64,000 nucleotides of DNA from Harriotta raleighana (GCA_050575255.1 JBNZDD010013730.1:3929671-3993670), one strand, 5' to 3'. Positions 10,116 through 24,799 are shown, counted from the stretch's first letter. Notes: generated from the sequence alone by a model not told the origin. Numbers and translations are program-made.

Positions 10116-11634
10116 AATTTCTAGATGCAACATGATTTAGGAACTAGAAGGATTTTGTAATTTGAAGCTTCAAAGAATAACTTGAATAATTATCTTTGCA
10201 TTTGATGTAGCTCCTTATCACATTATCAAATACATTTTGTAGGGGTGGGAAACTGTGACTTTTTAGGGTTAAAAGTCACAGTCATTTAAGAAGTCGTTTA
10301 AATGAGTTCTTGTAAACTAATTTGTTCTTAAAATTATATAATTTTTGATGGAACCAATTGTATTAAAAGCTTTTGTTGAAAAATAATTTATTCTGAACTT
10401 CATAAGCACTGCACAAATTTGTTCATCTTTACCAGAATCAATGCAGTTTTTGAGATCAATAAATTATACTGCAACTCCCACACAGGGCTCCTCGATTACT
10501 AGTCTGACTGACTATACAAGCACAGTAATTGTAAAGTAGTATGGTAAAAATCAATGTAATTGACATTTCTACTATAATTCCTGTTATAAAATGTACTCCA
10601 CTTAAAGCTACAAGACCTCAATATATTTTTGTTAAAATCATTACTGTTGAAATGTAGAATTAATGCAAATCACTACTTGCATATTTCAAATAATAATGAA
10701 ACACCATTTTTTAAAATGCTAATTTTAAGCTTACTCGCAGTGGCAATTTTTTCCCCCAATAGATGAAGTTCTCTCCTAATACTTATACACAAACGTCACC
10801 AGACAGATATGTGCAGATTTTGCAATGAAGGATTTTGTTCTTGACTCTTAAGACTTGTAGTGCAATTGAAACATGAACATCTGGTCAGAATGTGAGAAGC
10901 AGAGACACAAGTGAAAGGTTAGCTTTAAACCATGCACCTTGGGTGTCTAGGTTAAAATGTTAAACTTTATGCTTGGGGATGTTTTGTAATTTGACACGTT
11001 TTGGACTGGGGTGGAGACCAGATTTCAGTACAAAAAAGCATCCCACCTGTATGTGTTTTTCATATCAACATTTGTGAGGCCATAACTTTATTTAGAATTG
11101 TAATTTAATATGAAATGACATATTATGAGCAGCAGGAAGATATGATAAATATCACAACCGGTGAGACTGAGTATAATGTACTCGTACCTTCTTTGCTTAT
11201 TACAAATTCCCCTGGGGAGATGTTTATAATAACTCGCTGCTGGCTAAACATTTCTTCTATTTAAACAACTTTTGTGGTCTTGTACCCATTTATTTTTTAT
11301 TATATGGCCATCCATCAAACTGTATGACAGCCGGATTTACTCTTGACCTCTCACTACCAGCAGCGCACCAGCCACCAAATTGAAAAATTGTAATAACAAC
11401 ATTTAGATTGAACAATATGGGCTGCTACAACCTGAGAGTGAAAATTGTATTGGTGTGGTGGTAAAGCTCCACACCACTTCACAAAAAATGTAGGATGTTT
11501 TGTAGGACTGAAATGTGGATGCTGCAAACACTGGATGGTATTGCAATCAAAACTTTTTTTCCTGGAAATATTATGTGATTCATAGCACTTTTAGTACTAC
11601 ATTCAAACACTGTTTCAAAGCTTATTACAGCAAT

Positions 11635-11890
11635 AGCAACAACAAACAACAACAAAATTACATTTATAGAGGACTTTGCAGGTTTTGGAGGACGTCTCAA
11701 GGCGCTGAACAGCCAGGGGACCCGAGCACAGTGGAAGGGTAGGGTGGGAGAGAGTTGGGAGAGCAGCAGAAGGCACAATCGAAGAGGAGGGTCTTGAGAC
11801 CGGCCTTGAAGTAGACGAGGGAGGAAGTGAGGCGAAGGGACTGTGGGGTGGAGTTCCAGATGTGGGAGCAGAGAGGCCGAAAGACTACTA
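11635..11890 (-). mobile_element. L2 LINE 3' end
   Basis: IWNSTPQSLRLTSSLVYFKAGLKTLLF followed by a (TTG)n tail. Confidence 0.85.
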
Positions 11891-12999
11891 GAAACAATTG
11901 TTCAATCGCTTAAAATTGTCATGACTTTGGTCCCAATATTAGAATTATTTTAGCTTTTTAATTGTAATAGTCCCAATTACTTTACCCATAAAATATTGAA
12001 ATGAAAAATAATGGCTGAAAAATACAGATTAGCTTCTTGCAAATTTTACTCAAACAAATACATTAAACCTTCAATTTGTCAAATTTGATATTGGGGTTTT
12101 ATTTAGGATATTTGAACACCTGATTTAATGCGCTGAAAACATTGGCAGGCAAAAGACTGATGAAAAAGGGTCATCTCGTTTGTTCATCTTTTGTGCAGTT
12201 AAATTTTGCCGGATATGAATTGCGACATAAATTTTGCAAAAGAGTGGTTAAATTTAATGCAACCAGCTCAGTATGTGAATATTGAGAATTTTACCACCCC
12301 ATTAATGATCAAGACTAACATAAACACTTGAGAAAATTATGGAACAAGTTCAGAGAGATTTATAGTGTAGAATCTTTTCATTACTTATTATTGTGGATTT
12401 ATCGGTCAATGGACTATAAAAATATTTTAATTTAATGACACACAACACCAGACAAATATATTAAAATAAGCAAAAACTATAGTTTTTTTAAATAAGTTTT
12501 TTCTCATAACAATACAACTGTTCATTCTTTCAGTAGCACATAAAAAGTGTACTATTCATCACTCAGAGATGTTATCCTGCTTTGAAGGGCACTATATAAA
12601 TGTGAGTTGTTGTTTCGGTTGCCTTTATTTCTGTCTAGCACAATCATAAGTTACTTTTCAAGTACAGGTACTCACAAAAAAATTATGCTACAAAAAATGT
12701 ACATTATTTGTAAAGACCCAACTATCTACAATCTTCAAGTACAGGGCTTCAGAACCCCGCGAGATTAGGTGGTGCAAAAACCACCCTGCCTTTTGAACTA
12801 ATAACCAAAACCACAACATTTCCTATAGAAACCAGTAAACTTCCTGTGTTAACCTATGCAAAACAATCTAGTGAATTTATCTTTGAACTGACATCCGGCG
12901 GTTTGCTTTGGATGTGAATCGCTTCTCGTGAAGTTCTACCTGTATAATTTTCCTTCTTGAAACATTCCTTTTGAAAGAGGCTTTTTACTAGGAAACATG

Positions 13000-13013
13000 A
13001 GGCCATCTAGTGG
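13000..13013 (-). promoter_or_regulatory. CTCF-like motif (reverse)
   Basis: Minus strand CCACTAGATGGCCT versus consensus CCASYAGRKGGCRS. Confidence 0.5.
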
Positions 13014-14453
13014 TAATGTAATTCCACTACCTCATTACCTTCTCCCAGTCACAATTGGGGAAACAAGATGAATGATTGTTGTGTTCGAGGTACAGTCAAA
13101 CAAAACCTATTGATTTACAACAACAACAAAAACAAATTGCTTTTGTATTACCAGACTTTCCTGTTGGGAGGACATCCCAAGGTGCTGGACAATTGAGGGT
13201 TTGCACATTAGTTGGAGGATGACTGAAGGTGGCTATTCATGGACCATTGCTGTGTGCAAATTGACTGCTGGATTTATAACGTTACGATACAATCATAATA
13301 TTTTAAAAGGAGTTTCATTTGACAAATGACATACAGAGTTAATTAAACTGTACTCAGAAAAAAATCCACTTTGAATGCTGACCAACAAAGTTAAGAAAAT
13401 AGCAATATATATGAGTAATGTTCAATATTCTGTATTAATTTAGTATGAATTTCACATCAGGACACTTTGTTTGCTACCATAGTAACCTTACAGTAAATTG
13501 TTCTGAGTCTGATCAAGGCTATTTCAGCTTTGGAGCATAGTACAAATAGTTAGGATTTTGCTGAAGAAGGGAAGTGAGGGCTTAAAAATATAAGTAACAA
13601 AATGACATCAATATCTCACCAAAAGTGCAGGACATAATTAGGTTGAACACTTTTGTTGAAATAGATCCGAGTTTTTAATTCGGATTTGATTTGCTGTCAG
13701 TGAAAAATCAAATCTTCTTGTATGTTTTGCTCAATGGTAAGATTCAAGTGGAGCTTCAAAATATGCATCGGAGCACAATAAATTTAAGATCATTCGGCAT
13801 TCAGTTAAAATGAATGGGGTGTGGATTGTACAAACTTGATTGATCTGAATTAAAATCTATGGTTATTGTCTTATTTTGAGCTGTACATCAACTTTCAGAA
13901 TCTGACTTGTTGGACAAGTAATGCAGGTAATTGCTGTATTTTACGCATCATTCCAAACGAGTCGTGTAGATACTTTAGTGAAGAAGGTACAATTAGTAAG
14001 CGAATCACCTTGGGTTAGTGATGTACCAAGGTCATTACATAATGGGACTGGTAATAATTCAGCAAATGACCCTTTCTAAGACACACAGTGGAGGGAGCGC
14101 AATGGGGGAACAGTAAGTGCTTCAAGCTGGCAATTTTTGGTATTCACTGCACTGAATGAGTTTTGGGTTTTCATAACAAAACCTGGGCAAAATCAATCAG
14201 AATGAATGGCAAGGATCCAGTGTCATAGCTCTTGTTGGATGCAATATATCCAAAGATAAACTGATTCTTCAACAAGTTCAGTTGTACAGTACGAACTTCT
14301 TAACCATCTGTCAACAACAGAACTGTGAAAATATTTTTTTCTTAATGTGGCTTTTAAGACCCACAATTAAGATTTGACACTTGTTGGACAAAGGGATTTT
14401 GCAGTAATATTAATTGACATTAATACAATAACATTAATTAACATTAATATAGT

Positions 14454-14750
14454 GGAGTCCTCAGTGATTAGAGCACTCGACTTAGAAACAAGAGACCTGG
14501 GTTGAATTCCAGGCAGGGCAAAACCGTGGGCAAGTTTCCTTACTCTCACACACCTAATAATAATCCCTCAAAAATAAATTGGTGATTTCAATCCAGGACT
14601 GTTTGTGGGACAATGCTGTGTGCAATTGGCTGCTGCGTTTTGCCCACATATATATGATCAATTCACTTTACAGTATATCCTGTGAAGTGCTTTGAGCCGT
14701 TTAGAAGACGTGGAAAGCACATTGTCAAATGCAAGGATTATTATTATCAT
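14454..14750 (+). mobile_element. Near full-length tRNA-derived SINE with Deu-like body and L2-type tail
   Basis: Partly deleted A box, B box GGTTGAATTCC, body GCTGTGTGCAATTGGCTGCTGCG, tail AAATGCAAGG(ATT)n. Aligns end to end with 40886-41184. Confidence 0.92.
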
Positions 14751-15014
14751 AATAGTTGAGCAACAGATTTGGGACCAGAAGGTTGTAGATTGAATTGTGG
14801 TGCGTCCTGTCAACACTTTACTCTTATCGGTGCCATCTCTAAACAACACCTTGTGGGAGATGTAAGCAGAATAGTGCAAGACATTATTGAAGGTTGACCA
14901 GCATGTGTGGCTCGTGAATGACGGAATTGTAGACCCAGACACAAGTTCCTAGAGAAGGAGCAATGAGGATGATCCCCAGTGTTAGAGGAATGAGGAGTGT
15001 TTGAGCAAAGATTA

Positions 15015-15340
15015 GGCAATGCTAGGGCTCTTCAATCTTGAGAATGTTAAATGGAATTGAAACGTAAACCCAGATCAATACATCAATCAAGCATGTTCAA
15101 AACCAGCAAAAACAAGAACACACAAGTTTGGAGTTGTAAAGGCAATTTCAGGACAGATGCCTGGATGTTTTTCTTTACTCAGAGGGTAATGACCATAATT
15201 GCCAGATTGAAGGGTGGTTGAAGCCGGGGCACTGGACTCATTTACAAAGCAACTTGGTGCAATGATGGTGGTGTGGTGGGTGGAAAGGGTCTGCAATGAT
15301 GAGATTGGTTGGGCCAAAGGTGGGCCTTCTTCATCCAAAA
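15015..15340 (+). mobile_element. CR1 LINE 3' fragment
   Basis: LGLFNLE..KGNFRTDAWMFFFTQRV..VVEAGALDSFTKQL, the CR1 ORF2 C-terminal signature. Confidence 0.75.
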
Positions 15341-16429
15341 CAATCTTGTGACTGGACCGTAACTCATTCAGCCAAAGCCCTAATTGTTTGGCTGGCCTTA
15401 CCTCTACACAATTCCAAGGCAACAGATTATGGATCTGAGAGTTTCTGTCACAGAAGGTGCATCTGTTTTTTAAAAAAATGAGAAACCCGATGAAGATTTA
15501 AGGCCGATGGTAAAGATACCACCATGGTTAAACACATGGATAAACAATAAAAGATCACTATAAATAGCACTAAGGAGACTCTTGTTTTGTCATTGCTAAT
15601 TCATGATAGTGGGCATTTGACACTGAGAGGAGATGAACATTCCTTATTGATTACCAGGCTGACCTGTGCGAAAGATGCATTCTTGATTTCAACAAATAGG
15701 GCAAGAATTTCAAAAGAACATTAAACAGCAAGTTGACTGTGGCAGTGGAAAAAAAATCACCAGAAGGTGTTTAGACTACCAGAGATATTTTTTGTTCATG
15801 AATTTTTAACAAATCCCATGATAAGTTTGCTAGATTGAAAGGAATCACTCTAGATGATACAAACGGAAAAGGGACAACATCAAAGTATGTGAGAAAAACA
15901 GTAGGAACCCTACAGCAGGCAATTGGCAAGAAGAGTGTGCGTGAATTTCATTGTGAGGTCTCATTGCTAAAGCGCAGAAGAGCAGAATTAAATTAAGGGA
16001 CATTACAGCGGAATGCTGGATCTTATTTACTGTTTTGTGTTGAGATTATCCATTTAAAGACACTGCTATATCTGCCTGTAGAGGGAGGTAGGGTTCTTTT
16101 CTTTTTAGGTCGGAGATGGTAATACAGTAGTCAGATAGTTGATAGTTTGGGCAATTCCGTCAACTATATGTGACCCATTTACACAGCATTTTATTCACTC
16201 TATTGTTAACATTCTCTTGTCAGAAAAGCACATTGTTCACAGCATACACATTAGCGTGTACATTTTATCTGCTTTATTTCTCACATCATCTGATGTTTTT
16301 CAAGCTCAATCCCTTCTTTCTGCCTCCCCTTAAAGAGATTTTCCTCTGTTTTCTTTCTACTTTGGTTTCACGATCACTGATTGCTCTATGATAAATTGCC
16401 TAGATAGCTTTTATGTGTGTTGTCTTCAC

Positions 16430-16620
16430 GTGATCACCCAATATCCACACACTCTCACATTCCATCAGGGATCTCTGGAATGGGAATCCTGGCTGACATT
16501 TTCATTCCCTCAACCACAGATAAGGAGGCCAATTTACTATTTCAACTGCTGCCCCGGTTTAGATCATCCAACTCAGAACAGACCTTATTCAAACTTGTAA
16601 TCTTGCAGTCTATAGGACCT
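16430..16620 (-). mobile_element. Ancient SINE-like family B copy
   Basis: GGAATCCTGGCTGAC..GAGGCCAATT..AGATCATCCAACTCAGAACAGACC. Cross-matches 24800-24875 and 31065-31330. Confidence 0.65.
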
Positions 16621-18389
16621 ATTGCTACACCACAAGTTTCCCTTATCCACCACACTAAAAAAGAAAAACAGTGAAAGTTTGGAATGAGAAATTAAGCCAT
16701 TTAAATAAAGAATTCTGTGTTTCTGATATCTGTATAGATGATGCATGTATTTTTATAATGGACCTATAAAGGCATATATTAAATTCTAAGGATTGTTCTT
16801 TGAATTATAAACGTGGGAAGTGGACAGGAAAGTATTCAGATAGTGAGAATTTAAAACAATTCATTAACGTAATGCTGATAGCTTACGTTAACTAAATGCT
16901 TTATTTTTCACACATGTTTTGAGGACTAGCATAGAAACATAGATTCTGTTCAGAAGACTTTATTTGGGCGCATAATTTTCAAATCTTCATACACATTGCA
17001 TGATGAGAACTGCTACTGTGTCTTACAATGGATAATATTTAAACAGAGTAATTTGCAAAGAATATTATTTCCTAGAATAACATTCAAAACACAGATTAGA
17101 AGCTAGCAGAAATCTACAGATAATTTACAATAAATCCATGATTCCTTCCAAAGGAGATGGATAAGCTATATGTGTCTGGGGCCGATTACCAATTTCACTC
17201 TGGGCCTCTTTTTGTCAATACTTTTTATGTGCAGAAAAGGAGGTTATTACCAGGATTGTGCAATATATCTAGTGTTATTAGGGTGCAAAAAAACCTTCCA
17301 GAAGGCAATATTCACAGGAGCAAAATACTGAAGTAAATATTGTTACAACAGCAATGCACGATGATCACAATACAGTACATTGTCTTGTGGATGTTCTTCA
17401 TCATTAATAATTTGCCACAATGTGGTGGTAAATAGATATCTCAGCTTGACTTTAGCACTGCTACTTAGTTGTTGGATTTCTTTCAGACCGCCAAGGTCTC
17501 CGAAGCAGAATTCACCTGGGAGGTCACCTCTTTGCCGCACATGGATGTTTACTTGCATTGTTGGCATTCCTCTGGCTTCCATTGCTTCACAGTGCAGCAC
17601 ATTACAGAAAAGCCCATCGAGCCACAATGGAGAACTTTGCTTTATACTCTATATCTCTGCCGCAACTTTCTGAAAATGTTATTCCACGCGTGTAATGTTT
17701 ATAATAACAATGGCCTCATTAAGCCCCTTACCAGAAGAATTTATTGGTAACCGGAGCTCAAGTTTTAATGGTTCCTAAAACAGCACCATATTTACAGCAT
17801 ATGTACACTGCCCTGCCCTTCTCCCCCTTGGAAATATACAACAAAGGTGAACAGAACAATACCCGCCAGTAAAATGGTCCTGTGTCGACTTGGTCCCATT
17901 TCAGGTTAAGATAATGTTTCTCTGCAGATTTCCACCAGTCTCACCCATTCCTTAATTCTTATATATTTCTCTCACTCTGGTTTCTCTTTGTCTCCTCCAG
18001 CTGTCTCTCTATCATTGTCTCTCTGCCTTCCGTGTGATTATTCTTGAAACAATTGCTGTATTGCAGAAATAATTACCTATAGTGGGTTGTCGTGCTGAAA
18101 CTCCCCCAACTATAAATTGACAGTCTCTAGCATTGTTGAAACAAAAGACTGTCTTCGACAAAATAAAACTACCCGATTGAGGTCAATGTATCCAATCTGT
18201 TCAATATTTCTAAACTTTGTGCTCTTGCTGGACCAGTTCAAAGCGCCTGGTAAATCTGATTCAGTTATATAATGGCTCGATAGTGGAGAGTTGTCAGTTT
18301 TGCCCAGTGAATTGAAATCCACAGGGAATAAGGTGGATACTTCCCAGACTTCTCCTGTTTAAATTCCTTAATGGTCATTGGAATTGAAA

Positions 18390-18482
18390 GAGGATACGTC
18401 ATCCGAGCCATCTGGGCTGGATTTAAATACTAGTCTGAGAACTGAATGGACACTATCTCAACTCACAGCACCATCTATTCCT
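18390..18482 (-). mobile_element. LF-SINE-like head fragment
   Basis: Reverse strand TTTAAATCCAGCCCAGA matches TTAAATCCAGACCAGA at about 1293. Confidence 0.45.
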
Positions 18483-18744
18483 ATACAAGTAATGCAATTG
18501 TTTGAGCCAATGAAATATGTGGCAAAGAGAAAATCATTTATAAAAGTTCACTTACTTAAAAAGCTAAACTGTATGTTAATTTCTTTCACACACATTAATT
18601 ATCTTGATCATAACAGTGCACAGTATCCACCCATAACACTGGAAAGAACAAATTGTTTACTGGGAACTGTTGTGGGTGGCATTACAGTTACACTAAAGAA
18701 CTGGGGCTTTTCAAAAATGTATTTATGAGTTGTTTTGCTTTTTG

Positions 18745-19042
18745 CAACAACAACAAATTGCACTTATATAGTGCCCTCCAAGCTGGATAGCATCTCAGAA
18801 TGCTTAACAGTGGCGGAGCCTGACTCCGAGCTGGGCTGGTGGTGAGGCGAGAGGAAGGTGGTCGTAAGCAAAGTCGGAAGATTTTCAGGAGGGACTTGAA
18901 AAGAAGGAAAGAGGGGCAAAGAGGATGAATTGAGGGAGAATGTTCCAGAATTTGGGGCGCATAGTGGCTGAAAGTGTGACCTCCAACAGTGGGGAAGAGG
19001 GTGCGAGGGATGATCAGGAGGTGGGTGCCAGTCATCTGAATC
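18745..19042 (-). mobile_element. L2 LINE 3' end
   Basis: LLIIPRTLFPTVGGHTFSHYAP..FKSLLK followed by a (TTG)n tail. Confidence 0.85.
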
Positions 19043-19059
19043 AAGTCACAAGGAGAAAA

Positions 19060-19203
19060 TCCCTTTTTCCACTCGTGCCACGGGATCTTTAACATCCACT
19101 TTGAGCAGACAAATGGGACAACAGTTGAACGTCTGAAGAAGAACGACAGACATCTCTAACAATGCAGCTTTCCTCAAGCACTGTATTGGAGTGTCAGCCG
19201 AGA
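19060..19203 (-). mobile_element. DeuSINE fragment
   Basis: GTGCCACGGGATCTTTAACATCCAC..TGGAGTGTCAGCC. Confidence 0.75.
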
Positions 19204-19221
19204 CATTAGGTGGAACTCTAG

Positions 19222-19950
19222 CAGCAGTGCATGGGGCTGCTTCAATTGAGTACTTGAGGATCATTGTGATGTTAAACAGTACCTATTGTTGGTTCTTGGG
19301 AGTTGCTCAGAAGGTGTGCAGGAATGTATCCTCCAGTCTCCAATACATCAGCCACCTCGGGTCTCACTCGTGCAGATAGACCAGGGTATGGTAACTGTAG
19401 GTTACGCTTGATTTTCCCTTCTTCAATTTAGTGCAGGTTGAGCAATGTGGCACCTTGCTTTGCTGCTTCACAAATGATTTCCCATTCATCATCAGAAAGG
19501 GCATGCCCTAGATATCTCTCTCGCAGGCTGCTTTCGCTGTGTTTGTACTTTCTGAACATTCGGAACAAAAACTCCCATTACCTGGTGAAACTAATTTGGT
19601 GGTATTTTTGTGGAATGGGAAGCGGATTTCTGGGGTTGTTGGACCAACCACCCCGGTCCAGTTGGTCTGATCAGATAACAAGTGCTTTACTTGCAACTAC
19701 GGGAAGGTGCCGTTCAGGAGCTAAAATTGCTTTGAAAAGCACTGAAGGATTTAATGACTCCGATCATTGGATTTTTTTTATAGTACAACACCTTGCACTT
19801 GAAAGTCCCCTTCAGCAGGTGGAATGTCATGGATGTGACAAATGGATGAAATTGGTAGCAACTCCCTGAGATACAGTATGTGAGTGTTGGCTTGCATCTC
19901 TCCAAACTCTCGCCTTGGCTCAAACTGGGTGGGATGTGGCTGAGGGCCTG
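19222..19950 (-). mobile_element. Degenerate L1-clade LINE ORF2 C-terminal region
   Basis: Reverse strand gives KSFSAFQSNF, LQVKHLL, LSDDEWEIICE and YWRLEDTFLHTF*ATPK in order, resembling the L1 WERDL..EEW and CWRC..HMFWxCPK motifs. Confidence 0.6.
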
Positions 19951-22900
19951 GGCATCTTTTGACTATAGATACATTAGAAGAGGTGTAGAATGGGAGAGGC
20001 TGATAGCAGGCTTCGTTCTACCCTACCCACATTTGAATCAGACAGGGCGTTGAAAGGTTACACCATTATTACCAGAACATGAGCTGCCAGCAATAATAGT
20101 GATAGTCTAGGAGAGTACACCTTCCTCTGTGTTTGAGTTGCTGAAACATTTTGATCCGCACTCTTGCCTTTCTAGTGGAAAACAGTTGATGTGATTGTTC
20201 GCATCAATTAGAGAAACTGGTACATCCTGACTGGGAAATTTTTTAGCTGCTTTGGGAGTATAGGACAAAAAGCCTCGTGTGCAGCAAAATTTCTAGCTTA
20301 AATTTCTATGGCTACAATGTTTTAAGAACGTTGGGGATTGATTATTCTGCCTACTTCACTCAAGTTTGTGACAAAAGCAGCAAGCAAATATTTATATAAA
20401 CAAGTAATTGAGTTTGTTGCTGAGGTCTTGTTAAAGGTTATTGAGGAAAAAGCTAACAAGTAAGAGACTTATTCTAGCTCTAACCTGTAGTTCATTAGTT
20501 AAAGAAACTGGTATGAATAAGATGAACTGGAATCACCCAGGGGATTTGGGTGCCCAGGAACATACAAGAGGTTGGAAGTTTTGAAATGCTTCCACATAAA
20601 TTATTTTTGTAAATTCATGCGGATTTAAATTGCTATAGAAATGCAAGTTGTTGGATTTGTCGATTGTATACCTGTGAATTTAACATTAATTGTATAAAAG
20701 TAGATTTTTGTGACCAGACATACAGAAAATGATCATAAAAATGCACATATTATAATTTGGAAGAGGTACTTATATGAAGTATATTGGATATTGTTTATTT
20801 GCAATATGTTCATTGCATACAGTATATTACAATCCAATAGCAGGAATGAGTGCCTTCAAGTAATATGCTTACTAATTTGTAGTGTGGTAAAGGTTCAGTG
20901 CTCTGGAAAGTAATGTGTTTTAAAATTGTAATTGGCGCACTGTAATATAATCTAAACTTGTGTCTGATAGTACAAGTATGTTTATTAGTATGTTTAGAAT
21001 TTAAGTTTCTAGAATGTTCGGACAATCTGGAAAATTTCATGGAGTGGTTTTGGTGGAATTGCTTGTTATTGTACCTTTAATATATGTTTGGGAAAGGACC
21101 CTACAACGGTTGGGGTAAGTTAAATGTATTCAATCACATGTTGTGAGGACTAATTGAAATAAATAGTTATTCATAATTGCTCATGCAGGTTATCAGTGTT
21201 GGGGGGGGAAAAGGTCCAAAATGTCTCCAACTCTGCAGTATTATTTCAGTGTTTCTTTGGTAACACATAGTGGTATCCACCAGATCACCATTCGAGGAGA
21301 CATAGCCGTGGAGCTGCTGCTCCATGTCCGTTTGCAGCCAGTAAAAATCAAACCAAACTACTTTGCCTGTGCCCCACACATGGGGTGGATTGTGAAGAAA
21401 ATGTATGCTGTGTTTGAGGGATTTTTAACTACTTACTCATTTCAGAGTAGTCCTGTTTAACTATCATCAAGTTCTATTACTATTCCCTTCCCACTGCTCT
21501 GCTCTCTGGTACCAAATGCCAGCAGTAGCTTGAAAACATGCCAAAAGGATTATAGCTCACATATTCATCAATATAAATTCATATGGCATTAATGGCCTGT
21601 AAGATTATTTATGTCAGCAATGGGGGATGATTCTAACAGGAATAACAGAATCAGGCTCTATCCTTTAAATATCATTATCTTCTCTGCTGCAGAAAACCTT
21701 CCATTCGTAACAGTATTTGTCCGAGGTCATGTATTGTTTCATATCACTTGATATGGTTCTGCTCATAAGTTCATGGTCAGCACCAGCACTTAACAGATTA
21801 TCAGTACTTAAATGTTAACCCGCAAAAGAAAGGCAGATCCCATAGGGTTCATTGTTCAAAATCGTTTTGAAAATATTTGCAGACAAAGTACCATACACAC
21901 AATATGCAAGTACATTAATCATGGCTCAATATTCAATTTAGCTTCTAGCTGAGAAAAAACAATCAACAATCCCTTTGACTAATGTTTGCTGCCAATAACA
22001 TTACTTTGAAAATGATTGCCAATATATAATGAGTATCCTGCTGCAAGCTTTTTGTTTGTCTTACTGAGATTTTTAGGATTGTCCCTTTTTTTGTTTAGGA
22101 GTTTCCCACATCAAATTTTGGTATGGCATCAAAAGGCGTGAAACCCTATATAAGGATACAAAATTAAGTACACGGGGGGAAAAAAGTTAGGCATTTGTGA
22201 TTCTCTTGGTAAACTTCCTGGTAAACATTTAACAGTTGTGAAAAGTACGACTGATCTAAAATGACAGAGCAAATTAATTGACAACCTTCTCCTATGCTGG
22301 GGCTATTTGGCAGAGTCTGATTGATTCATCTTGAACTTGGAGAACGCCATGTCAATGTTCAGAGACTCTTAGTATGTAGACATAGAAACCTCAACAGTGG
22401 AACCCATCCAGGACTGCAGGAACCAGGAACCTTGTCACCTTAGAAGAGGAACCTAGTCTATCAAGCACTTCCTGCTTTACAACACACTACCAGAGACTTC
22501 CTGACCATTCTGCTGCTTCAAGTATCAGTTTTGTCACTTTTTATTCTTGCCCCACAGCAGGATTATTTTAATAATAATTTATAGTTGTCCAATAAACAAT
22601 GTTCAATTTCACCCACACTTCTGATGGTTTGGGATGCGCTCACAAAATTAGAGCACAGCAGTTTTCAGTTACTTGAGGGTGCAAATAACCTTTAGAATAT
22701 GTGTTCATCCACTAAGACAGTTAGGTGTGAAGGTGGTATGTCTAATTTTACTGTAGGTATCAGTTTTAGTGCCCGGCATACTTTGTTTTTGTGAAGAACA
22801 GGGAGCCTGTTCTATACATTTCAAAGCCTGTGCTGAGCCAAACCTGTTATTTCTCTGCATCTAGGAGGTATTTTTAATGCGAATGTTTTTCCTTGTTATA

Positions 22901-24799
22901 TTTTTTTAAAAAGTGGTCTAGTGGTACACTTGGATACTTTTGAACTACNCTAGTGGTACACTTGGATACTTTTGAGGCCAAATCTCATGCATTTATAAGA
23001 TTACTATCTAAACGCAGTCTCACACTGTTTGCCAAAATTCAGATTGCACTCAGATTTGTGGCTTCCCATCAATTGACTGTGGGTACTAATGCAATGCAAC
23101 ATCTGCACAAAAAACAACATTGTTGCAGAGAGTTCATTAGAAAAGGCCTATTTCTGGTCTGAATAGCAATGGAGATCAGCGTCTTTGAAAATTCAGCTTG
23201 TACCACTCCTCCAGCCCTTTGCAATCAACCAAATAACGCTTTTTCAAATACATTAGAATTTCTGAGATTTGTGGTGAATCCAGACAAGTTGATGTTAAAA
23301 ATAATTTCTGGACACCTAATTTTGCTAGATACAGAAGTACATAAGGAATAGAGGGGGAGAAAAATTTATTCGGAAACATTCTTGCATGAAGATTTTGTGT
23401 ACAAACCCTTTTAAATGTGGTTCTGAACCCGGCTATTCACTCCATGCAACTTGGTAGAAGCTAATTTACAGAATAATACAGACTTTGTTCTTAAGACACA
23501 AAGGAGCCGTGAGCAGAGGAGGTTGGCCTTGGCATTTAATAACAAATCAACTCATACCTGGAATTCAAGGTGCCAAACCACCCTCATTAACTCCTGTTGT
23601 ATGGAATTCGTAAATCCAAAATAATGTTAATTCACTGACAAGTGTCACCTGGAGACAATAGCACATCTGAAAACTAATTTATATTCCGTTTTAAAAAAAT
23701 CTTTGTGGGTTTTTACTGTCTTTATGCATGTGAGATTAATAGAGGATGGGATGTATGTAGGTTCCTTTTATGTAGCATTTTACTGAAATCCTAAATTTCT
23801 TTGCACTAATTTTCATCATTATGTTGAGTCCACCAATCGGACACTGGAACACACAAGGGCTTGCTTAACAGGGAATAATACGGTGGCCAAAATGTCCTTG
23901 GCAAACTCCTTTAGTTGTTTGTTGTCAGCTACAGGCAGCATTTTTGATTTCATGGGGATTACTCCACATGGTTCTCTTACAGATGTCCTCAAATGGAACA
24001 TGTTTAAAATCATCCCAAATTGTGGATACTTCTCCTGTTGAGTGCTTTTTAATCTGATAGGGATGTTTACTGCCAATTGGTAGAGACATTGAATATTTTC
24101 CAGTAACCAATTTGCCAATCTCTGCTTGATATAGATTAGTTCAAGATTTTTTTTTTACCAAAGGAGACAGCTGTCTGGGTGTTTTGATGCTCTGCATTCT
24201 ATTCTTATGGAAGCATAATGCTCAGAACAATGCAATGGGACATGTGTTTTATTTCTGATTTATGTGGGACATAAAAGAAAGAATGGATGGTAATCTTCTG
24301 TACCAAATGGAGTTCAAAAACAGCCTTAGGCAGAAGCTTAAGGCAATATTGAAGAATGGGTCTACCCTTCTGCCAAAACCGTTGTGGCTGCCAGCTACCA
24401 GAGCTTGTCATGGAAACAGTAACACATTTGAAGAGCAATGCTTGTGTGCGAAACATGCTTCATTTTATAAACATGATTTACTCACATAATTGCAATTTAA
24501 TTGCTGAGGGAATGATGAGTAGAACTTGGCACAAACGTGTGTAAATTGAACAAACCTTGGAATAGGTTAGAATTTGGAATAGGGACTAAGTCTCCAATGA
24601 TGAGATCAACTGTATGGAACAGTTTGTTGATCACTTGCGCCTCAAAATATTGGGGGCCCAACAATCAATCAATGTTTTTTGCTATGGACTGGAGGGATAG
24701 GGTGCCTTATCTTCCCACCAGATCAGAAAGAGGGAAGGACAATATGTAACCAGACGTCAGAATGAGATCTGATGAGGAAATCACATCTGGAAGTCGATG

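Noticed and set aside
17343-17750. Overlapping ORFs with a faint Harbinger transposase C-terminal resemblance (QYS..HN)
   Set aside because: Only a few residues match and there is no DDE core or TIRs.
23819-24489. ORF cluster as host exons
   Set aside because: No recognisable domain or consistent splice-site pairs. Lengths are within chance expectation.
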